A stretch of DNA of 64,000 nucleotides, taken from contig CM119264.1 of NCBI GenBank assembly GCA_051294375.1, positions 10,577,832 to 10,641,831 on the forward strand, given 5' to 3'. A program made the position numbers and the translations under genes. Of this stretch, positions 54,786 to 64,000 are shown in pieces. How positions within the stretch are numbered: position 1 is the first letter of the stretch; every line of letters begins with the position of its first letter. The notes beneath the pieces are model-generated. The model was given only the letters and a program-made list of their open reading frames with translations, was not told where the DNA came from and did not search any database. Origin of the DNA: Paraspadella gotoi. Its lineage: Eukaryota > Animalia > Chaetognatha.

Positions 54786-55218
54786 AAAATTCATTCATAT
54801 CGATTCGATTCAGCAAAACTAGGATTTTCGACATTTCAATCAATTGACGGTTTTTTAATTCTATTTTTTTTTTTGGTTCCTTTGGCCTTTTTTTTTTTTC
54901 TCACTCCTGATCGAGGGATTAATCGATATTCGATCTTATAAATTTAGACGCAAGAAATCGCGCCATTTCCCCTTCGCGTTCATTGGCCTGCGTTTGACGG
55001 GCTTTTGGCTCGAGTCCCCCTGGCGGTGGGGAGGGTGCTTCCTCTCGACCTCCGTCGACAAAACTATCACTTCATCTTTACTTTTAGTAACCTCAACTCT
55101 CAAAGCTCTAGCTCTAAAACTTCAAGCTCTCAAGTCTCAAGTTAAGCCTTTTCTTTTTTACGCGCTGTCCGAGCAGCAGAAATCTTTTTGAGCGCAAATA
55201 TACCAAATTGCTGAGATA

Positions 55219-55470
55219 GACTTAAAGCTGCCTCACTGCTGTCAGTCCTCATCCTCGTCTCAATGGCTGAGCAGGCTAAATCATCTCATTCCATCCGTGC
55301 GTCCCGGGTTCAATCCCTGGGTATCCCGGTTCTGGCTTAAATATGACGGTGCCGGTATAAACATGCCAGTGACAGGAGGCGGTCACTGAGGGTCCGCAGC
55401 CCCTACGCCAGTTGGTGAGATACCCCGCGCCCCGGGTATCACAGGCTATCCTCCCGTTGCCATAAAATGA
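55219..55470 (+). mobile_element. tRNA-derived SINE-like element with internal twister motif
   Basis: A-box TGGCTGAGCAGG (55264-55275), B-box GGTTCAATCCC (55307-55317), twister 55332-55411, 3' hairpin gatacc...ggtatc. Confidence 0.75.
55332..55411 (+). ncRNA. Twister ribozyme-like motif, type P5; predicted cleavage between 55358 and 55359
   Basis: CTGGC-TTAA-ATAT-GA-CGG-TGC-CG-GTA-TAA-ACAT-GC-C-AGTGAC-AGGAGGCG-GTCACT-G-AGGG-TCCGCAGC-CCCT-AC-GCCAG. All twister elements occur in P5-permuted order. One P2 mismatch and one L4 A>C deviation. Confidence 0.75.
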
Positions 55471-57868
55471 TATTAAATATTGGAAATTGCTGCACTTGTG
55501 ACACAGTTGTGTGAAAGAGTACAATGCCAGAAAATAGAACGATTAGTACGTACAAGTTACAAATATTGCATTATATATAAAACTACTTTCGCTCCCATTA
55601 ATGATCCTGAACCGGAAAAGGCGGAATGATCGGCCGTAACCTTTGACCTCACCGGTCTGGCGCCATTAATCAAAGCTTGCCTCAATAGCGTCGCCAAATC
55701 TCCGGTTGAATCGTTAAGTTTAACCTCTTCTTTTCAAACTGCACCCTCAGTGGGAAATGGTCGCGGGAAGCTGAGCGTTTTTCTCGCAGCCAGCCAGTTT
55801 CCGGTCGCGTATGCCGCCGCTAGACGCCGCCGCCGCCGCAGCGATTTCCACCTCGGCTTTCTCAATTGTCGCACTGCGTGACTCTCAGTTTCGTCGCTCC
55901 GAGTTGGGAATGAGCTACATTCGTCTTTGCCCTGTTTGCCATCTCAAACTTTATCGTAATCATCGGAAGATTTTGTCAATTACGCATGACTCATCCACAT
56001 CATAATTTAAACATCTGTATTTCTTTCAAATATTTTTTTTTGGCGTCCTCACGAAGCCGTTTTACATTTAAAGTTTAAGTTTATTTCCACTTCCAACTGG
56101 TTTACTAATTTTTCAAGGAATTAGGCTTTTACTTTTACCATTTCTGCCTTTGCCACTTCTAGTTGGAATGCCATCGACGATTCGTCAACTCTCTCGGCTT
56201 TTTGCTCACGTCCTTTCTTCGGTAATCTCCCTCAGACGTCGACGCCATCATTATCACCATTACATCATCACAGCCAAACGCAGACTAAATCCTGTCGCCG
56301 CCCCCCCTCAGTCCCTCTCCCATTTCCCCGATCCCCAGACACAATCTAAATTCTTAACTTTTGCCCGCCCACTCCTTTTTCTGATAAACATCTTTTCTCT
56401 ACCTTATTCCCGACCAACTTGTCTTCCCTCCGAGACTCCAGCTTGTATCATCCATTCCTCCATGTTCTTTTTCCCGCCCTTTCTCTTTCTGTCGCTCTCT
56501 ATCTCTCTCTCAGACGCAATTTCCACTCTCTCTCCTGTCCATTTCCTTCACACTTTTCAAAAGTATGTCTCCCCCCCCTCTACCCGCTTCATCTCTATCT
56601 TTCCTGTTCCCCTCTTTTTCGCACTGTCTCCCCGGCCTCTCCGTCCCCCAGCCATCATCTCTGCCATTCTGACGTCAAATTTGTCAATTCTGTCGAGTTA
56701 TTGAGCCGAGAGACGGTTTGGAAAAGGGTAGGTTGAGTCGAAAGCAAGAGGAGGACGAGGGAAAAGAATTTACCAGTTTGGGAGAGAAGTTTGTAGAAGG
56801 TTGGAGCTTTATAAAAAAAAGGTTGAACGGTACTAGAGCAGCGAAATTCTTGGAGGTATCGAAATGCGGTTGAAGGAAAATAAAAAAAGGTTTTGTCATG
56901 AGAGAAAGATTAATTCAATGAGCGATAGTGGATTTACGAATTTACGAATCGTTGTTGTTGTTGTTTTCGGTCACCTTGATCTTAGGAATGTGATTATTTT
57001 GTTTTAAAGTAATTTAAAATTTAAATTTAAATGCCTAAATACACAAAAGGTAAGTAATATCTTTATTATACCTATAATATTCTTCTTCATTTGATTTCGA
57101 TACCGAGGCGATGAAAGATTGAAAAATACGTATAAATTAGAAAAAAAAGGGGAAAAAAAAGGATGATAAAGTTATGAACCGACACATGTCGTCAATCTTG
57201 TAAAGAAAAATTGATTATTTCGTTTAACCAATGGGAGCGCTCGGTTTTTTCCCCCCTTTGTTTTTATCTCTCCAACTTTTCTTTTTTCTTTCCTCTGGAC
57301 ACGAGTGGAAAAAGCTCTCTACCGACGTGAGCATCATTCTTTGTCAAGGAAAAGTCGTTCGTGGCCGCAAGAGCGAAACCATTTTTTAAAGATTTTATTT
57401 ATAACGGGAGCGGATTAAGAACTTCGTAACGTCTTTAAATGAACGAAAATACTTACTAATTGAAAATATCTTTAATCAATTTCGTAACTTCAATAGTATA
57501 ATAAAATTAGAACCAAAGGAAACAAAACTTTCTGCGAACGAAAGGAAATAAGTCGATTAATCCGAAAGCCAAACTCCCCATCATAAATCTTAGAAATAAA
57601 AAATGATAAAAAGTGGAAAATTTTTTTTTATTGATTTGAGGGAGAAAGTCGGTAGTGGGAACCTGAAAATATTCATATTTTTGTTGACTTAATAATGAGT
57701 CAAATATACGCATAATTATTATATTAAAAAATTACTTGCCATTAAAAAAGCTTAAAAAGTGAATTTCTTAATTCTCAGTATATTTGCTTAGAGATCTCGG
57801 TCGTGGGCAGCTTTTGGATTCCTTTGTTTTTGTATCAATAAATCCGTTCAAAGACAGTCATAAGTTTG

Positions 57869-57916
<48 letters not shown>

Positions 57917-59231
57917 AGAGAGACGGAGAGAAGAGACCTTCCCCTTTTATCAATTCATCTTTGTTATCTCGTCTCTGTTTTTTTCCCCTTAACTCGTTTT
58001 GTTCTCTTTCCTCAACCATTCTAACTTTCTTTCCTATTTTTATCGGTTTCCGGTTTCCTAGCAACAACCTGAACTTGTCGAAGTTGACATATTTTATAGA
58101 TTTCTCGCGCGCGTTTTTATTTCTCTATGAGGTTGTTAACTCGTTCGGGCGCATGGAATGTCGCTTCGAAAGGATGAACGTTTTGTTCAAAATTGAAAGA
58201 CATCTTTTTTTTTGCCTGGAATTTTTATTGTGATAGAGCTTTAAAAAATCACTATTTATGAAATAACTTTCACAGAAAAATTTAATAAAATTAAACATGT
58301 TTTTGACAAAACAAGACGTTTTGAGAAGAAGAGTCGGGAAGAGCCTAGAATGCAGGAACGGAGGAAGGGAGAGAGAGCGAGTGCAAACTGACGTTTTTTT
58401 GTTTTTCTTGGTTTGTTTCTTTTGAAAAGAGATAAATTGAAGTTCTTTTTAATCTTGTCATTTTTTTGTTTGAAAAAAAATTTTTGAAATGAGCATTTAT
58501 CTATCCCGAGATTGCAGAGAGAAAATAGATCAGGAAATTTAAAAGGTTTATTTTGTACCATATGCATATGCATTGCAGTCGCCGAATAAATATGATAGTT
58601 TTACCTGAAACGTTCTCGTCTCTGACGAATAATAAAGTTTATGATAACAGGAGGAAAAGATTTTCAACTACACGATTAATGACAACTGAAGACATTGTGC
58701 AAATAAATCTTGTTAGATTCGTTTCTTATGAAAGATATTATAAGTCAATAAATTTTATGGAAAAAAGAACCATAGTACAAATTTGGTTAAAATTTATCAA
58801 TCCATTTGTGAGCAATAATTTTTTAAAAGTAACTACTAAATTATTTAGGACTTTGGACATTAAAAATTTTAAGAATAATCAAATTAACACTTTTTACAAA
58901 ATGCCCTTTTATATTTATATATCCTCTAATTTTTCCAGAATATCGCAAGATTGGGCCATGAGAGAATCGTTCTTTTGTTTAACTGCAGCCGATGTTATTT
59001 CTCAGAGGGCGGGAAAAGTTCTCTTTTGTTAAAAAATCTTCGGAATAAACAAAGAGCTAACAGTTTTTAAGAAAATTTTTAACACGTTCACCACGAAATT
59101 GGAGTGATATGAACAATTACTTATATAAGTCGTAGATCTAAATTCATACGATCAATCCGAGCGATGATAATAAAATTACTTTTCCAATTTACCGTGCAAT
59201 CTGGCAAATTACCCAACGGTATCATATCGTT

Positions 59232-59269
<38 letters not shown>

Positions 59270-61078
59270 CTTCCTCCTCTCTCTCTCTCTCATCTAACCT
59301 CTCCGTCTCTCCTCTCTGCTGCTCTCAATCAGCCAACCTTTTCGAAACTAAGTTTCCCTTCTCGTTAAGCATGTAATGTCTGACCCTTTTAACCCGTGAA
59401 ATCCTTTCCCTTCGCGTCGAAAAGCGGGATTGTTGGGATAAGGAGTGAGGAATGGAGCTGGAAGTGGAGCGGGTAGAGAAAGAAGAGGAGTGATACGAAG
59501 AAGGGGAAAAGGAGTGATACGGAGAGGGGCAGTGGAGTGATGTGGAGATAAAATTGTGGGAGTGATGGGAAGAGAAAGAAGAGGAGTGATAGGAAAGCGA
59601 AAGCGAGAGGAGGAAATAAAAAAAAGATGTAGTAAATACTTTTTATTTTATTAACTAAATTAATTAATTAATAAGATTAGTTTAAAAGGGAAATCCTTGA
59701 GATTATTGAGATTGAGGCAAATTTGTATATCGTAAAAATATTATGAAAAGGCTGAAGTGATTAAAATTCTGCCGTAGGCTTTAAAACTGATGTATGACAA
59801 AAATGATATAACTGAATATTAACTATGATGCCAATTGTTCAGTTTTTCCGAAAAGGTACTCTGTAGAAGTAAACTAGTGTCTTCAAAGTGTTTATTTTTT
59901 TGTTGGCGACGCTTTTCCTTGTCATTTCTCTTGTCGACGGTCAAGCAATGACGTAACGACTTGTCATATAGTCTGGACACGTGGCACGCGTAGCATTAGT
60001 GACGTTCGTGTTAGCAGTGGAAGTCGAGGGCGAAACGGAATGAAGACAGGAAGTCTGGGTAGAATGAGTGAGTGGGGAAAGACATTGCTCACAGATTCAA
60101 GATAAGAGGGGAACCTGAATGAAGGTAAACGTGAAGATGAAGAGAAGTAAGTTATTCCCGTGAAGGGAAGGCATATTCTGCAAGAGGCTGATACCGAAAA
60201 GAAGGAGTGAGGAAGATTCTAATATAGTTGAAGGTCGTTGAAGACGAGTTCGGAGGTGTCGATGATTAAGGGCCTTTCAAATGGGGTCGATCCTCTTGTT
60301 TAGAGGCACTTCCGGTCAACCGCTGGAAACAACGAGTTTTCGACGAGATGGGAAGTGGGAAAAGAGACGTGAAAAGGGAGGAAAGGAAAGAAGACACGTG
60401 AAAAGGGAGGAAAGGAAAGAAGAGAAAATTACGCGAAGCTGACGTCGTTGAAAAAGAAAAAAAAACACAAAAAACAAAAAAATGGAATAATGGAAAAAAC
60501 GAAGGGAAAAAAGGCACTAATAAAAAAAAAGAGAAGAGAGCGTAAAAGATCGCGGAAAATAAGTAGACAGAGAAGTTGTCAGGAAATGAGTCATCGAAAA
60601 GACAAGCGAAAAAAATTAACGCGAGGAGAAAAACCTTTGTCGATTTGCAATGTACATTGTTTAATCTTTTGTCTTTACATTCATGTACTTTTATCTTTAA
60701 AGTAGAAATTCGCTTTCCTTGTCTCCAGTCAAAAGTTCACTGCTCGGGAAATAAAGAAGCGAGTCGTGACCGAAACGCAAGAGTGAATACGGAAACAGGC
60801 TGTGAATACGTAAAGTGTGAACCAGTCTTTATAAGACGGAAGAGGAAAACGCAAAAAAAAAAAGATCGGTACATCCAATGTGTTGCGCCGCAGTGACTTA
60901 ATTTGATTACATAACTACATGACATGACATGACTACATGAGTACAATAACTTTCTTAATCCGTGCACTGTGTCGGAATTCCGTCTTTTAATATTTATAGC
61001 ATTTACAGCATTTATAGCATTTTAGCTTGATACTCATGCGATGATAGTTTGAGGATTTCTTGAAGGCGGGCATAATTA

Positions 61079-61162
61079 GGACAGACAGACATACCGACCG
61101 ACAGACCGACCGAAAAGTGACTTATAGAGTTGCTCCGAGAGTACTCGCGGCGAAACTAAAAA
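61079..61162 (+). mobile_element. DINE-1/HINE-like 3' fragment, copy 3
   Basis: gacagacataccgaccgac...aaagtgacttatagagttgctccgagagtactcgcggcgaaactaaaaag matches 33890-33982. Confidence 0.6.
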
Positions 61163-61395
61163 GAAGTTAGAGTGAAAAAGTAGTGGAAGATAGAGAGGGT
61201 GTGCACCACTTTTTATGGAAAAAAAGGACAAAAAATAGGAATGCATTCCGCGTTAAGACAAAATATTTATTTTCAAGATATGTTTAATATTTTAATACAG
61301 GAAATATAAAATTGTAGAACGAAACATGAAAAAAACTAAAACTATAACTAATCGACGGCAGAAGAGAGAAAGTTCGTCTTTCTCAGTCGTTCACA

Positions 61396-61446
<51 letters not shown>

Positions 61447-62409
61447 TAATCCTCCGCACTTTAATCAATCAAATTCTCTTACGCCCCCTGATTCTTCTTC
61501 GACCTCGACCAAGCAGAAGCTTTAGATGTCGATGCTTTTCTCTGTTTCGAGTCGTTGCAAGCTTTCGCGCTGACGCTTGGTCGCATCTTTGAGTAAAATT
61601 CAATGCGATCACTTTAAAATATTTTTTTCATTATGATTCTCTTTCACTTAGTTTTCTTTCGTCTATTAAACTAGTCTCAAAGATATCGTTTTTTTCGTAA
61701 GTTTGAGCTGCTTTTGGTGATTCGAAAACACTGTCTCGTCAATTATTGAAAAAAAAATTCACTGATGCTAAAAAATTTAAGCTTTCCCTTTTCGTATTGG
61801 ATTTTCTGAAAAATCCATTTCAAGTCACGATTTCGTTTCTTGGATTCTGGCATCAGCAGCTGATAACCCGAGAAGCCTTTTAATTGTATAGCCTTTTCAA
61901 GTTTTGGAGTCAATGGTAGGCCATTTTCTTTCTCTTATTTTGGAAAGAAGGATAGGATGGAAAGAATGAAAAAAATAGAAAATAGGGAGGAAAGAAAAAT
62001 AAAAAAGAAATGATACATAAGTAAAAAAGAATGAAACAAAGAAACAAATTATAAAAGAAACAAAGAAGAAGCAAAGAAAGAAAAAAAGAAAGAAACAAAA
62101 AAACAAAGAGAATTAAAAAAAGAGAAACTAAGGAAAAAAAGAAAGAANNNNNNNNNNNNNNNNNNNNNNNNNNNNNNNNNNNNNNNNNNNNNNNNNNNNN
62201 NNNNNNNNNNNNNNNNNNNNNNNNNNNNNNNNNNNNNNNNNNNNNNNNNNNNNNNNNNNNNNNNNNNNNNNNNNNNNNNNNNNNNNNNNNNNNNNNNNNN
62301 NNNNNNNNNNNNNNNNNNNNNNNNNNNNNNNNNNNNNNNNNNNNNNNNNNNNNNNNNNNNNNNNNNNNNNNNNNNNNNNNNNNNNNNNNNNNNNNNNNNN
62401 NNNNNNNNN

Positions 62410-62444
<35 letters not shown>

Positions 62445-63789
62445 TGGGCGGGAAAGGAAAGGCCAGTGCGCGTTCACGTCAACCTCGATTAGTGGTGAAA
62501 ATGTCCCGCCGATTAGTGACCTTTGACCCGAGAATTGAGTGGAATTGGCGGCGGGAGGGAGACAGAGNNNNNNNNNNNNNNNNNNNNNNNNNNNNNNNNN
62601 NNNNNNNNNNNNNNNNNNNNNNNNNNNNNNNNNNNNNNNNNNNNNNNNNNNNNNNNNNNNNNNNNNNNNNNNNNNNNNNNNNNNNNNNNNNNNNNNNNNN
62701 NNNNNNNNNNNNNNNNNNNNNNNNNNNNAAAGAAAGAAATGAAAGAATCGAGACAAAAAAGAAAATCTTTTCACTTCGGTCAATGAAGGAAATTATTCTT
62801 GCGCAGAATTAAAAAAAAAAAAAAATTAAAAAAGGGTTACTTCCTTTTTCTTTCCTCCACGAAGGATCCTAAGATCCTTAGTAAGGATACACTTAATCAT
62901 AAATGAAACTTTACATTTACATTAGTCCTCGATTTAACTAAATTACTGACGAAATGGATTCACTTCATTTCTCTGGCTGGAAATATGACGACGATAATGA
63001 AGACGTTGAATACGACAACGACGCCCACGGCGACAACGAGAACGACGATGACAAAATAATCTTGCGGGATATTTTTTTCCTTCGCGGTTTGTAGACTCAA
63101 CTCGTGACTAAGACGAACGAGAGAGTTATGGCGGAGATTGAAAAGAAGTCATTTACGCCGAGGGATTTTCTCTCTTTCCTCCTTTTCCTCCCTTTCTCTT
63201 TTCTTTTTCCACTTCCCAGTCTCTCCTCACTTCCGTCTGAACTTCGTACTCTTGATCGCCTCCTTCTTTATCTCACTCATCTTTTTCTCCCGCTTACCTC
63301 GGTGTGCCCGCCCACTCTCTTTATCTCTCTCCCTCCTTTCCTTTCCATTCATTTTAAAATCGTCCTTGGAACTTAATGTAGACTAGTAGTAACTCTGAAT
63401 AAAAAAAAAACGCCTAAAAAGAATGATTTTTAAAACTGGGAGAAAAAAAATTTACATGTGAGCCTTTATTTTTTTAGTTGAATTAGATTTTTTTTTTTTA
63501 AAAACGCGGAGAACGAATTGCCTTTCGTTTTCTTTTTATTTCCTTTCTTTCGCAGTAAAGGATTCTGATCATCACAATCATCAAAAAACCCAAACTGGCC
63601 ACCAGCATTTCCCAGCATTTCCCACCCCCCTCCATTTTGATTTTTGATATTTCGGTTTTTCGTTCTTCCCAATCTTCTCCACTACAACCAACTCAATCCA
63701 CCCCAGCCCCCTGTCTCTCTGGCACGTCTTTTCCCCGCTGGACCATTTTCTTTATCCCCTCTTCGCCTCGCGCGTGGTCTCCCGCGAGG

Positions 63790-64000
63790 GAAGGGGAGAG
63801 AAAAAGGAAGAGAAAAGGGAGAGAAAAAGGAAGGGAAAAGGGAGAGAAAAAGAAAGAGAAATGGGAGAGAAAAAGGAAGAGAAAGGGGAGAGAAAAAGGA
63901 AGAGAAAGGGGAGAGAAAAAGGAAGGGAAAGGAAGAGAAAGGGGATAGAAAAAGGAAGGAATAAAAGAGAGAGAAAAAGAAAGAGAAAGGAGAGAGAAAA
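63790..64000. repeat. Purine-only degenerate tandem repeat (GAGAAAAAGGAAGAGAAAGGG-like)
   Basis: Seen directly. Confidence 0.8.

Overview
Eukaryotic (probably invertebrate animal) genomic DNA: AT-rich, dense in (CT/AG)n, (GAC)n and (AAAG)n microsatellites, intron-rich, and nearly all six-frame ORFs are spurious. Positions 1 to ~28,200 are dominated by probable long-read gap-filling artefacts: a base-identical 7.35-kb inverted duplication bounded by 25-N gaps, whose arms interleave two neighbouring loci, plus two noisy inverted duplications. In the better-assembled part I reconstructed an 11-exon CCDC113/CFAP263-like ciliary gene on the minus strand (37776-46343) that needs 2-3 GC-AG introns. 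It lies head-to-head with an unidentified low-complexity plus-strand gene, with a triple forkhead motif between them. The most notable signal is a dispersed family of SINE-like elements, several with recognisable tRNA-like/Pol III heads, that carries an internal circularly permuted (type-P5) twister ribozyme fold. There are six copies (18.2, 41.3, 47.2, 54.1, 54.6, 55.4 kb), with compensatory changes in the helices and the pseudoknot. All calls come from manual reading; no search was run.
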